Assembly (NCBI GenBank): GCA_018646195.1
Contig: JABGVH010000199.1
Coordinates: forward strand, 8,619 to 72,618
Reading direction: 5' to 3'
Source: Halobacteriovoraceae bacterium
GTDB taxonomy: Bacteria; Bdellovibrionota; Bacteriovoracia; Bacteriovoracales; Bacteriovoracaceae
DNA: 64,000 nt
Within the stretch, counting starts at the first letter, position 1. Each line of letters starts with the position of its first letter. The translations under genes were made by a program, and so were the position numbers. The notes under the pieces were generated by a model that was not told where the DNA came from, did no database searches, and saw only the letters and a list, made by a program, of their open reading frames with translations. This document shows, piece by piece, positions 1 through 10,109 of this stretch.

Positions 1-893
1 CCAATGCCTACTTTTATACCATCAACGCCGGCCTCAATTAAGTCCTCGCAGGCTTTCCCTGTCGCGACATTTCCGGCGACAATATCGACTTCTCCAAATT
101 CTTTTTTAAGCGTCTTAACCATTTCCATTACACCCGCGGAATGCCCATGGGCAGTGTCTACAATAATGGCATCTACTCCCGCTTCTGCTACCGCCTTGGC
201 CCTTTCAAGCTCTTTGCCTCCAACACCTATAGCGGCGGCCACACGCAGTCGCCCAAGCTTGTCTTTGTTGGAGTTAGGATAATCAATCGTTTTAAGAATA
301 TCTTTAATCGTAATTAAACCGCGAAGCTCTCCCTTCTTATTAGTAAGCAAAAGTTTTTCGATTCGATTACCGTGGAGTAGTTTTTTGGCATCCTCTAGAC
401 TCGTTCCCTCCGGGGCGGTCACTAATCGCTCTCCAGGAGTCATGACGTCTTTTACTTTGAGGCTATAGTCACTTTCGAATTGCATGTCTCGACTAGTTAG
501 AATTCCAACAAGCTTTTTATCAGCATCAACTACCGGCACACCTGTAATTTTCTTTCGAGAGGTCAGCTCGATAACTTCTTTGAGTAATGTATCAGGCTTC
601 ACGGTCACCGGATCGAGAACGATGCCTGCTTCGAATTTTTTAACTTTTCTGACTTCGTCGGCTTGAATCTCAGGGGGGATATTTTTGTGTATGACCCCAA
701 TTCCGCCCTCTTGGGCCATTACAATCGCCGCAGCACTCTCGGTAACCGTATCCATAGCAGCAGATACAATCGGAATACTAAGCGCGATATTGCGTGAAAA
801 TTGGGAATTAAGCTCGACATCGGCAGGTAATACCGAAGAATAGCCAGGCCTTAACAAGACATCATCGTAAGTCAGGGACGTCGGGAGGGACAT
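1..893 (-). CDS. guaB: IMP dehydrogenase (N-terminal part; the C-terminal end lies beyond the window start)
   Basis: Absent from the ORF track because it is open at the window edge. My minus-strand translation from the ATG at 893..891 reads [71 protein letters not shown]... It runs through a CBS-type stretch to ...[63 protein letters not shown] at position 1. Confidence 0.9.
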   Translation of the reverse strand, partial: [297 protein letters not shown]

Positions 894-977
894 GGAAGAA
901 CTCCTTTTGGCGCAATTATATGAAACGCGCCTATCTTTGGCAATTAGGAGTGTAAAAGGAGCATGCTTTTTTGGGGA

Positions 978-2210
978 TTAGTACTGAGTTTTGTAGTCTT
1001 GATCGTAGTTCTTAAGATCTTTGATAAGCTGATTGACCTCATTACTATGACGCATCTGCTTTTTGTACTGATCTACCAGGGAATTTTCAAAATCATCCTT
1101 GACCGGATGAATAGTGGGGGCCATACCACCAACGCTGGCCGGACCGCGTCCGACCTTCTTACTCTTTATAATCTGCCTAGAGGGCTTTGGAGTAGAAGTA
1201 GGCATCCTCTTGAGTCTATGAGGCGTCGCAGAAGCTTTTTTGCGAGGTGCCTTTTTTTGTACACCAAACACTTTAACTTTAACTTTAGAGCGTGAGCCAT
1301 AGGAGTGCTTCCAAACCTTTTTCACAGGTTTGGTCATTTTCTTCACTTTAGACTGATAGTAATCCAAGAGCTGGCTCTTTTTTTCTTGCCGCTCTTTCTT
1401 GTTCTCGCGGATATAAATAATTTTTCCGCCATCTACTACCTTCGAGGGGGTTTCAACTGATGTAGACCCGGTTGGCAGGGACTTCATAACAACCGCAGCA
1501 GGAACAGTGGTATCAATTCTCATTGAGGCGACACCACGGCTAGCAGCTACCGGCTTTTTGATTTTTACTTTGGGTTTCTCACCCATTGGGTAAACGCCAT
1601 TAAACAGCCCTGTTACTTTCTTAAAGGAGCCAAATCCAATAGGAGTTGGTCTACGGGGTGTACCTCTTTCGTACTCTTTGTGAACAAAGGAGAACTGTCC
1701 CCCGTCTACCGCGATTGGAGGGTGACCTTGAATCAGGTTTCCAAATTCAAATCGACCTTTTATCGCCAGCATCTGAGTTTTCCCACTCCCGCCATCGAAA
1801 GAAATGATGCCTTCACCTTTTTTGTATTTAGATACGGCATTTGCCGTTTGAACCATGTACTTATCGCTCTCGTTAAAAGATTGTAGCCATAGGTAACCAC
1901 GCTTCAATTCTAGAGTTTTATTGAGGAAGGCAATATGCCCTGAACCTGATAGATGAAATTTATGGTCGTAGTAGTCAGAGATAGAAACTTGCCCCCCCAT
2001 CTCGGTAAATACTTCCGCCATATCGTAGATATGGTCTCCCTTATGTAGCTTCTTGGTAGTCTTAGATTGGCTAATAAAAGCGTTTCCAATTACCGAGTTT
2101 ACAACCGCAACAGGAGAACGCCCCCAAAGCTGGGAGCTGAAAAGGAAGACTATTAATGTTACAAAAAATCTACTTTTTGTATTTTTGTACAATCTTTTCA
2201 TAATGGGCAC
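978..2210 (-). CDS. Secreted FecR-domain-like protein with a Lys/Arg/Pro-rich C-terminal tail
   Basis: 410-aa ORF with a signal peptide (FFVTLIVFLFSSQLWG). The N-terminal half (VVNSVIGNAFISQSK..KGDHIYDMAEVFTEMGGQVSISD) resembles the FecR-type fold, recalled from memory. The last ~200 aa are basic low-complexity sequence. Confidence 0.45.
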   Translation of the reverse strand: MPIMKRLYKNTKSRFFVTLIVFLFSSQLWGRSPVAVVNSVIGNAFISQSKTTKKLHKGDHIYDMAEVFTEMGGQVSISDYYDHKFHLSGSGHIAFLNKTLELKRGYLWLQSFNESDKYMVQTANAVSKYKKGEGIISFDGGSGKTQMLAIKGRFEFGNLIQGHPPIAVDGGQFSFVHKEYERGTPRRPTPIGFGSFKKVTGLFNGVYPMGEKPKVKIKKPVAASRGVASMRIDTTVPAAVVMKSLPTGSTSVETPSKVVDGGKIIYIRENKKERQEKKSQLLDYYQSKVKKMTKPVKKVWKHSYGSRSKVKVKVFGVQKKAPRKKASATPHRLKRMPTSTPKPSRQIIKSKKVGRGPASVGGMAPTIHPVKDDFENSLVDQYKKQMRHSNEVNQLIKDLKNYDQDYKTQY

Positions 2211-2895
2211 TCAAGATTTTCCACTCGTGGGTATTACGATATTTTTTTCTAAATTCTTCTACTGTATTAAAAAACTTATCTTCGTGTCCTAGCTTTAAAT
2301 GAGTTAAAGCATTCCAAAGCTTGGCTCCACGATAAAACTTAGAAGTAGGATATTCTGAAATAAGCTTGTCGAGATGGGCCAAGACCCACTCTGGATGCTC
2401 ACCAGATTCATAAGCTGCTATTCCGGCTTGAAATAGAAATTGGTCATCGATTTTCTTATGGCCCAAAAACTTAGTTGAAAAAGCCTGAAAGAATTGAGCC
2501 GACTTTTCAAAATGCTTTTGATCGAATTCTTTCTCTGCAATGGCAAGAACCTGTGAAGGCGTCCATTTATAGACATCGAATTTTACCAGGTCGTTTTGGG
2601 GTGTGACTGGCGCCACAGAAGCAATCGTCCTTTTAGGCGTGCTCCCCATCATTTTCTGGGTCGATTTAGAAAGCTTGATCTCCAAGTAATTATTCTTCGA
2701 TTTCAAAGCTTCGACGTCGTAGTGAAGACGACTAATCTCGGCCCTAAGCTCGCGATTCTCACTGGAAAGAGTTAAGGCTACATTCTCATACTTATTGATG
2801 ATGGAAGCCCGTTCTTCTACTTTTTCCATCATGTCACATGAGCAAAATGGAGCCAGTAGGCCTGTTAGCAATAGTAATTTCATAAGTTCATTCAT
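2170..2895 (-). CDS. Lipoprotein with a coiled-coil and a TPR-like C-terminus (CpoB/YbgF-like architecture)
   Basis: Lipoprotein-type leader (LLLTGLLAPFCSC), a coiled-coil segment (ENRELRAEISRLHYDVEALKSKNNYLEIKL), then helical repeats. The product assignment is tentative. Confidence 0.45.
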   Translation of the reverse strand: MNELMKLLLLTGLLAPFCSCDMMEKVEERASIINKYENVALTLSSENRELRAEISRLHYDVEALKSKNNYLEIKLSKSTQKMMGSTPKRTIASVAPVTPQNDLVKFDVYKWTPSQVLAIAEKEFDQKHFEKSAQFFQAFSTKFLGHKKIDDQFLFQAGIAAYESGEHPEWVLAHLDKLISEYPTSKFYRGAKLWNALTHLKLGHEDKFFNTVEEFRKKYRNTHEWKILSAHYEKIVQKYKK

Positions 2896-3109
2896 GGATT
2901 TATCCTAGTCCGTGTTCACAAACCCAAATCTTCGTTATATCTAATCGGACGTTTCTATAATTTATTTAGAAAAATAATTATATTGGTGGCTTAGCAGTTA
3001 ATGCCCACTTAAGTTACTGATTTTACTTTAATCGTGATGGGACAATTCTTGACTAAAAGGGACTGAAACCCTATCACCTAGTTCGAACTAAATAATTCCC
3101 TATATAAGG

Positions 3110-4054
3110 ATGGCCGGAATGGCGGATCAATATATCTTAGGTTTAGACATTGGCGGCACTAAAATTGAGGCCGCCCTCTTTACAGCGGATGTCACCACTG
3201 GCCCAATTTCCAGCAAAAGGATCGCCACCGAAAGAGAGCGCGGCTACCAGAATGTATTAGAACGGCTTTCCCAATTGATAATCGAACTCTTGGCCGAGAA
3301 TTCGATTGCCTGGCCCTCACTTAAGGCCATAGGCGTTGGGCTGCCCGGTACAGTGGACCCCCAAAAACAGGTAATGCTCAATGGGAACTCCCAAATTTTC
3401 ATAGGAAAGAGTTTTGCCAAAGACCTCAATCAGTATTTTGAGTCCCCTGTCGAAATTCTATGTAATAACGACGCCTCCTGTTTTGCCCTGGCCGAGGCCA
3501 AGCTTGGCGCCGGGCTCAAGTACCGTGAGCAGTTTGGAATTCCTCTCTCGCAGCAAATCTCGATAGGAATTATTTTGGGAACCGGCTGTGGCGGAGGCAT
3601 AATTTCTAACGGCAAAATTCTCAATGGCCAAAATGGCGGCGGCGGGGAAATCGGCCACTCGACGCTGATAAGCAACGGGCATTCGTGTTACTGCGGTAGA
3701 AAAGGCTGTGCTGAGCAGTATCTCTGTGGACCTGCACTAGAGAGAAGTTATGGCGAAAAAATAGCCGCGCGGGAACTCTTTGAAAGGGCCGGGGCCGGTG
3801 AGCAGAAGGCGATCGATTGCCTGCAGAGCTATCAGAAAAATTTAATCGAATTTCTTACTAATCTAACCAGTATTTTTGACCCCCACTTTTTTGTCCTTGG
3901 TGGCGGCCTATCTAAGCAAGCCCTTCTTTACCAATCGCTTGAAAAGGGACTACATGCCCAAACTTTTGTCCCGCAATCTAACCCTGTGGTTTATCAGCAT
4001 AAAGTCTCCGATTCAGCTGGAGTCATTGGCGCCGCCCTTTTAACGCTCCCCTAA
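3110..4054 (+). CDS. ROK family sugar kinase (glucokinase / N-acetylglucosamine kinase-like)
   Basis: ATP-binding start LGLDIGGTKIEAALF and the ROK zinc motif GHSCYCGRKGCAEQYLCG. 314 aa. Confidence 0.85.
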   Translation: MAGMADQYILGLDIGGTKIEAALFTADVTTGPISSKRIATERERGYQNVLERLSQLIIELLAENSIAWPSLKAIGVGLPGTVDPQKQVMLNGNSQIFIGKSFAKDLNQYFESPVEILCNNDASCFALAEAKLGAGLKYREQFGIPLSQQISIGIILGTGCGGGIISNGKILNGQNGGGGEIGHSTLISNGHSCYCGRKGCAEQYLCGPALERSYGEKIAARELFERAGAGEQKAIDCLQSYQKNLIEFLTNLTSIFDPHFFVLGGGLSKQALLYQSLEKGLHAQTFVPQSNPVVYQHKVSDSAGVIGAALLTLP

Positions 4055-4124
4055 TGTCATTTTATCGTCAATTGTGGCCCTAGTCCCTCTTGTACTGCTG
4101 ACTTCCCTCCGACAAGTAGGTACA

Positions 4125-6401
4125 ATGGCAACAATGTTTAATCATTTCTTAGCTCTATTTTTATTATTCGCATTGGCGATAACTCCGGTTTTTTCGGAGG
4201 ATGAGAACGACATTCCTATCCCCGAAGTACCGGTTGAATTTAGTGCCCAGCTTTACCGCTCCCCTTTTGGCAATACCTTCTTGGCCCTTCACTTTAAAAA
4301 TAAACCCCATTGGCATACCTATTGGAAAAACCCTGGCGATGCTGGTCTGCCCATCCAAGTAGATTTAATAAGAAATGGAAAACCATTACTACTTGAGGGA
4401 TTGACCTGGCCTTCGCCATCTCGCTTTATTGAAACAGGAAATATGTGGGCCTACGGATATCAAGGTAACTACAGCATTTTCTATAAAATTTCTAAAAAGG
4501 TTCTAAAGTCATTAGACGGAAGTCGTTTAGAGATAAAGTCAAAATGGCTGGTCTGCCGCCATGTATGTATTCCTGGAAAAGCAGAATTAAAGGGTAGCGT
4601 TTCAGGTGAAACCCTCGCCTTCGATCAAGACGGTCATTTCCAATTAACAGGCAATGAGCTGCAAGCTCGCCTCAAGGCACTGCCTTTTAAGTCTACCTGG
4701 CCGACCAACCTCGACCTTTTAATGGCCAAGGATAAAGAGAGCAATGGGCTTGTTCTCTATTACAATGTTACCGGAAGCTCTCCCAATAAAATGCTTAAGG
4801 GCAGGAATCTACTGACTCCCTTTGCTAAAGACCCTTTCAGTTTTAAACACGAATTTTTATACTCAGATAAGAATGGCAATATTTTTGCTAAGATGCCGAT
4901 GGATTGGGATGGTGAATACGAAGAACCCCCAATAGACCTGCCTAGTGACGGACGCTTTCAAAAACCCTATGTTCTCTCCTTTCTATACGCCAACCCTACC
5001 ACAGGTAAAGTAGAGTTGATTGAGAAGAAAATTGATCGTTTCCAGCTAGCGGCTGCAAAAAGAATGGAAAGCTTTTTCTCATTACTAAAGCCAATCTCTG
5101 ATATTCCCAAAGTAAAAACTGAAGCCAATGGCGAGGATTCGGCAATTATTGAAGAACCCACAGTCGGGACAACTTCTGATACTAAAAGTTTAATCTATTA
5201 TCTCTTCTTCGCTTTCTTAGGCGGACTGATTCTCAATATCATGCCCTGTGTACTGCCAATCATTTCAATTAAATTATTTGGGCTGCTAAAGATGCGCGAG
5301 GAAGATGGGCGATCAATATTAAAACATAACCTCTTCTATACGCTCGGGATCCTAACCACCTTTTTGGCACTAGCTTTTGTCATCTTAGGATTAAAAGCAG
5401 GCGGAGAATTTGTCGGTTGGGGCTTCCAGCTCCAGTCCCCTAAATTTGTCGCAGGCATGATTATTATTCTTTTAGTTTTTGCTCTCAATATGTTTGGGCT
5501 CTTTGAAATTATCACCCCTGGGGGTAGTAAGTTAGGAGGAGTTAAAATTAAAGAAGGTAATTCTGGGGATTTTTTCAACGGGGTCTTAGCGGTAATTCTC
5601 TCTACTCCCTGTAGTGCACCTTTCTTAGGAACTGCCTTAACCTTTGCATTTACCTCTAGTCCTATTTATATTCTTTTAACCTTCACTTTCATTGGGCTCG
5701 GTTTAGCTTTTCCATTTCTGATCACTGGAATTTTCCCCAATAGTATAAACTTCCTTCCTAAACCAGGCATGTGGATGGAAAAGCTGAAGAAATTTTTGGG
5801 ATTAACTTTGCTTTTAACAGTAGTTTGGCTACTGGATGTCTTTTCAGCGCAAGTTGATCAAAGCCTTCCTGTCTTGCAACTGCATACCACCATGTTATTA
5901 ATTTTCTTTATAATATACGGCCGGAAATATATCTCTAAAAAACTATCCTTCCTACTACCCTTTTCCTTAATCTCGTTGGCATTATTTGGACACCTCCTTT
6001 TTTCTCCCCTTAGCAGTACCGTAACTGGCGCTGAAACCCAATTGATAAAAGATAAGCAAAAGTTTGGGCTCAATTGGGAGGCCTGGTCCCCTGAGAAAAT
6101 GCAGGAGTTAAAGCAGACAGGTGAGCTGGTCTTTATCGACTTCACTGCTAAGTGGTGTTTCACTTGTAAAGTTAACGAACGACTAGTACTCGAAACAGAA
6201 GACTTTAAGAAGCTTGTTGAAACCTATGGCGTTCGTTTACTGCTGGCAGATTGGACTAAGCGAGATGCCACAATTGGAAATTATTTAAAATCGCAGGGGC
6301 TAGTAGGAGTTCCCGCCTATTTCATCATCACTAGGAATGGCGAAACTATCTCACTTGGCGAGACTATTTCAATAAAAGAGATTGAAAGTCACCTCCGCTA
6401 G
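4125..6401 (+). CDS. dsbD: Thiol:disulfide interchange protein DsbD-like (protein-disulfide reductase)
   Basis: N-terminal DsbD-type domain with WLVCRHVCIPG. Central multi-TM cytochrome-c-biogenesis-type domain (NIMPCVLPIISIKL, STPCSAPFLG). C-terminal thioredoxin with WCFTC. The ORF opens at 4074 (GTG), but the ATG at 4125 directly precedes the signal-like MATMFNHFLALFLLFALAITPVFS. Confidence 0.85.
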   Translation: MATMFNHFLALFLLFALAITPVFSEDENDIPIPEVPVEFSAQLYRSPFGNTFLALHFKNKPHWHTYWKNPGDAGLPIQVDLIRNGKPLLLEGLTWPSPSRFIETGNMWAYGYQGNYSIFYKISKKVLKSLDGSRLEIKSKWLVCRHVCIPGKAELKGSVSGETLAFDQDGHFQLTGNELQARLKALPFKSTWPTNLDLLMAKDKESNGLVLYYNVTGSSPNKMLKGRNLLTPFAKDPFSFKHEFLYSDKNGNIFAKMPMDWDGEYEEPPIDLPSDGRFQKPYVLSFLYANPTTGKVELIEKKIDRFQLAAAKRMESFFSLLKPISDIPKVKTEANGEDSAIIEEPTVGTTSDTKSLIYYLFFAFLGGLILNIMPCVLPIISIKLFGLLKMREEDGRSILKHNLFYTLGILTTFLALAFVILGLKAGGEFVGWGFQLQSPKFVAGMIIILLVFALNMFGLFEIITPGGSKLGGVKIKEGNSGDFFNGVLAVILSTPCSAPFLGTALTFAFTSSPIYILLTFTFIGLGLAFPFLITGIFPNSINFLPKPGMWMEKLKKFLGLTLLLTVVWLLDVFSAQVDQSLPVLQLHTTMLLIFFIIYGRKYISKKLSFLLPFSLISLALFGHLLFSPLSSTVTGAETQLIKDKQKFGLNWEAWSPEKMQELKQTGELVFIDFTAKWCFTCKVNERLVLETEDFKKLVETYGVRLLLADWTKRDATIGNYLKSQGLVGVPAYFIITRNGETISLGETISIKEIESHLR

Positions 6402-6602
6402 CCACTATTCCAGGCGCCACTAAGATTAAAGTAATTAGAAATCTAACCACATTTTAGAGACTTAGCCTTTTATACTCGAAGAAAATTCAAAATAGCTTAA
6501 AATCTTACTAAATGAATCGGTTACTGCTCCCGATGAGGTTGATAGGGGAATTCCCCGACTGCTGAGAAAGTGAGAGATGTGTTGAAAGTTAGAAAGTTGC
6601 TA

Positions 6603-9600
6603 ATGATTCATATTATGGCCCAATTCCTATTGCTAGGTTCGGCCCACGCCTTTCCCTCCTTCCCTTCCTTTATTACAAAATTTTTCCAGACAGATCTAGA
6701 GGAAGACCAGAAGCCAAAAGCGCTGCAACCCTGTGTCTATCAAAATGCCTCCTGGGTTTATAAGCTGGCCAATTACGCTCAAAAAAGTAGCTGTATGAAC
6801 TTAGAGCCAAAGCCCTACTGCCAATGTGTTGGCGTTCAAAAAGCATTTTACCTGTCAGCGGCTCAAGACAAAAAAATTGACCTCGCCCCCGAGCGGGCCT
6901 TGCAAGAATTGGCCTTTGTCTATAATCAAAAAACTCAAGACCAAGGGCGAAAAATAAAAATCAAAAATAGTCTGGCCTCATTGGTGGAGTTCCAAGCCGC
7001 CAATGGAATTCCAGTCGGCTGCTTAATAAAGGATGATAATCCAGATTTTGATCCTCAAACAAAACTCAATGAGCATGCAAAAGATTTAAATAGAAAGTAC
7101 ATTGAATTTCACAAAAAGCCTCGTAGCCCAGAAGAATATAAAAGTGATGAATATAAAGAGGAATTGAATGAAGTACTTTTCAACGCCGGTCCACTAAGAG
7201 AGTTCTACCAACAGCAAGAAACCTATAAATCAGTTGGGACCGAGAACTACAGTGAGGAACATAAGAATGACGCCCGGATTATTGCCGAACTTGCAAAGAG
7301 GGCCAATGCAGTCACTTTAGAATATAAAGAAGAAATTGCTGAAGGAGAATTCGTTCAGGCTGAGTTAGATAATATGATTGCTGATAAAATTGATAAATTT
7401 TTTACGGAAGATATATTTGATATTAATTCAATTAACCCTAGAAAGTCTTCATTTCTACACCTCCAAAATGTTTCAGGCGCTCAACAGCTTGGGAACTCTG
7501 CTCTCAGAGATCTTCTCAAGCATACTATGAGTAAATTTGGCAGTGACAAAGATTACAATGCTGAGGACTTTGAAAAATACATCCACGCTGAATTAATCAA
7601 ACCAGTTGCAGACAAAGATATAGAAATTAATACCATCCTAGGACAGTTGAATAGCAATATTTGTGACCGCCAAATAGCAGAGATAAAGGAGCTTATGCTT
7701 ATTGAAAGAAGCGATAGTGGCGAACTTTCGCTCCCTGCCTCAAATAATATCGACACCTCTATTGATTATATTAGAAAGCTATATTCCACCATTTCTTCTG
7801 ATGTTGAACCAGAAGTGAAGAAATTGGCCTATGACGAATTAGAGGAACTTAAAACTGTCTATTTTAAATCGTGGGAAGGGCGCTATCAATCTATAAATAA
7901 CGAAGGTGAGTTTTCAGCACTTAAGAAAAATCGTGAATTAGAACTTGGACTGGCCTTTTGTAAAAGTCGCCAAAGCTCGGAAGAATTTCCCGATATGTTT
8001 GAACGACTGGCCAAGAAACCAGCACTCTTTAGAAAATTTATGGAAATTCGATCAACTATCGGAGTCAAGCAAAGCAGAAGCCTCGAACTTACCAAGAAAG
8101 TTGGTGACCTCGAAAGTCTAATCAAAGATCACTCTCAAACCTTTAATCTCCAAATTGCTGGCCAATTAAAAATAGAAAAAGAAAGGACTCCTGGTCTTAC
8201 AGAAACACAGTACATAAAAAGAACACTAGATAAGATGGGCTGGAGACATAAAAGATTTCATGCAGAAATAGAGGGTAAAAAAAGGGCAAAAGATTTACTT
8301 ATAGCTCAAGTTACAAAGCTGAAAGACGAAATCAAATCGAGCGAAGAAAGTATGGTTGAGCTCTTTAAGGGCGTCATGACCGCCGAGGAAAGGGAAAAGA
8401 TTAGGCTCGAAGCCCAGTCCCAAAGTCCTCGCGCCGTCGATAAGACAATCGAAGAGATTGTTGGTGACCGCACCAACGGACTAGTTTATGAACAACGAAA
8501 CCTCACGATTAGTCCTGAAACACCTGCTGCAAAGACTACTAAAAAAACAGGTCCGACCATCTCTACCACCGTCCCCAATTATTCAATCTCAGTCAAATCC
8601 GAAAACGATTATCGCTATATTTCGATAGATCACGAGACAGGAAACGCAAAAGTGACTAGGATTAGTAACATTGAAATCGATACAGTAAAGCAAGAGACCG
8701 AAGTAATTCGAAAGACTGAGGGCTTTATAAAGAGAAATTTAGATTACTACTCACAAAAAGATTTAATAAACTTCAAGAGGTATAAGAAGGGCTATAGGAC
8801 TCGAGTCGATAAATTATTTACGAGAGTCGACAGAAAAACAGGTTTTAAGAAATCGGGAGACTTCACAAAGGCCTTAAGTAAAACAGACTTAAAAAATATT
8901 AGAGAAGTTTCTTCTGACAAAAAAATAAATAAATTGCAAAAAAAGGCTGCTAAGCCAGGAAGTGAAAAGCAAATCAGCAAAGAAGGCCTATTCACTGCAG
9001 AAGACCTTAGAAGTAGCAAAAAGAAGAAGGTAGCTAAACTAGAATCCAAGAAAAAAGATAAAATGCTCCTTCCTCAAGAAAAATTGGCCAAAGAGCAGGG
9101 TCTTATAGAAAAATTTATTCCAAAAGGGAAATTAGTTACTCCCCAGGTCCTTGAACAAAAACCAAATTTTGTACCAGTAGCTCCCCCGATTGTTAATCAG
9201 GACGATTTTGATGCTAAGAAAAAAGCACAAGACCAGAAAAATGCTGAGGCCATCTCGAAGCTTGAAAAAGAATTAGCTGATCGTAAGGCAGAGCTACAGG
9301 AATTAAGAAATGGTAAAACCAACAATTCCCTTGAAGAGAGTTCAACTGCAGAAGGCGAAGATCAGGGGGAAGAACTAATAAGTCAGAAGCAAGGTGAAGT
9401 TGAGCAAGTTGAAACTTTAATCGAAGAAGAGAAAGAGCGCCAGGCCATCACCTCACTTGCTCCCGCAGCAAATGAAAAATCAAAAGTAGGACAGGGTGAG
9501 GGCCAAAAAATAGGGGAATCAGGTGATCGCAAGCTTATCCCAACGACTGACTCTGGGCAGAGTACACTCAATGGAGCCACTAGAATCAATACCAATGACA

Positions 9601-10019
9601 ATTCTGTTTATGTCGATAACTCAACCCCTATTCAAGAAAATGCCTATACTGCTGCAGAGGGGCAGATTACAGACAATTATATAAATTATATAAATTCCCG
9701 GAGCCAGTCTCAGACCGATCTAATTCTAACAAGCACACCTCCAAGAGAAGGTGTTTCCAGGTTTATTCCACCCAGTTCAGTCAACGTTTTCAATAAAACC
9801 AGCCTGGAGTCCTATATTGGGAATTTAAAAGAGGCCAATCCTGGTCAAAGTTTTGCAATTCAGCTTGAGGATGGCCAGTTTCTGGTAGTAGAAGCTGAAT
9901 CAGCTGAAGACCTCGCGGAAAAAGCGAGGTTGTTGAAGCTAGAGCAGCAAAGAATCCAAATAGAACGCGCCAAAGTCAAAAAACTCAATCAGACAGTCCA
10001 AGAAGGGACGAAGCAGTAA
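6603..10019 (+). CDS. Large secreted coiled-coil protein, unknown function
   Basis: The ORF opens at 6570 (GTG). The ATG at 6603 gives the signal peptide MIHIMAQFLLLGSAHA. A Cys-containing head is followed by ~1,000 aa of Glu/Lys-rich sequence. No enzymatic motif recognised. Confidence 0.6.
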   Translation: MIHIMAQFLLLGSAHAFPSFPSFITKFFQTDLEEDQKPKALQPCVYQNASWVYKLANYAQKSSCMNLEPKPYCQCVGVQKAFYLSAAQDKKIDLAPERALQELAFVYNQKTQDQGRKIKIKNSLASLVEFQAANGIPVGCLIKDDNPDFDPQTKLNEHAKDLNRKYIEFHKKPRSPEEYKSDEYKEELNEVLFNAGPLREFYQQQETYKSVGTENYSEEHKNDARIIAELAKRANAVTLEYKEEIAEGEFVQAELDNMIADKIDKFFTEDIFDINSINPRKSSFLHLQNVSGAQQLGNSALRDLLKHTMSKFGSDKDYNAEDFEKYIHAELIKPVADKDIEINTILGQLNSNICDRQIAEIKELMLIERSDSGELSLPASNNIDTSIDYIRKLYSTISSDVEPEVKKLAYDELEELKTVYFKSWEGRYQSINNEGEFSALKKNRELELGLAFCKSRQSSEEFPDMFERLAKKPALFRKFMEIRSTIGVKQSRSLELTKKVGDLESLIKDHSQTFNLQIAGQLKIEKERTPGLTETQYIKRTLDKMGWRHKRFHAEIEGKKRAKDLLIAQVTKLKDEIKSSEESMVELFKGVMTAEEREKIRLEAQSQSPRAVDKTIEEIVGDRTNGLVYEQRNLTISPETPAAKTTKKTGPTISTTVPNYSISVKSENDYRYISIDHETGNAKVTRISNIEIDTVKQETEVIRKTEGFIKRNLDYYSQKDLINFKRYKKGYRTRVDKLFTRVDRKTGFKKSGDFTKALSKTDLKNIREVSSDKKINKLQKKAAKPGSEKQISKEGLFTAEDLRSSKKKKVAKLESKKKDKMLLPQEKLAKEQGLIEKFIPKGKLVTPQVLEQKPNFVPVAPPIVNQDDFDAKKKAQDQKNAEAISKLEKELADRKAELQELRNGKTNNSLEESSTAEGEDQGEELISQKQGEVEQVETLIEEEKERQAITSLAPAANEKSKVGQGEGQKIGESGDRKLIPTTDSGQSTLNGATRINTNDNSVYVDNSTPIQENAYTAAEGQITDNYINYINSRSQSQTDLILTSTPPREGVSRFIPPSSVNVFNKTSLESYIGNLKEANPGQSFAIQLEDGQFLVVEAESAEDLAEKARLLKLEQQRIQIERAKVKKLNQTVQEGTKQ

Positions 10020-10109
10020 TTTCCAGTAAAAAACCCCTATCTTATTGAATTACTACCCCAAATTGGCTATGAAATGACCATCTAAATTATTTTCTGGGAT
10101 GGCATTTAA

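Noticed and set aside
3049-3077. A sigma-70-like promoter TTGACT-17 nt-TATCAC upstream of the ROK kinase gene.
   Set aside because: The -35 box is good, but the -10 box lacks the invariant final T and matches only 4 of 6 positions. Several equally plausible AT-rich hexamers are nearby, so it is too weak to report as a feature.
6603-10019. The coiled-coil giant as the missing membrane-fusion (adaptor) protein of the downstream RND pump.
   Set aside because: It is three times the size of MFPs. I could not recognise lipoyl, beta-barrel or membrane-proximal adaptor segments. Its coiled coil is continuous rather than a single hairpin.
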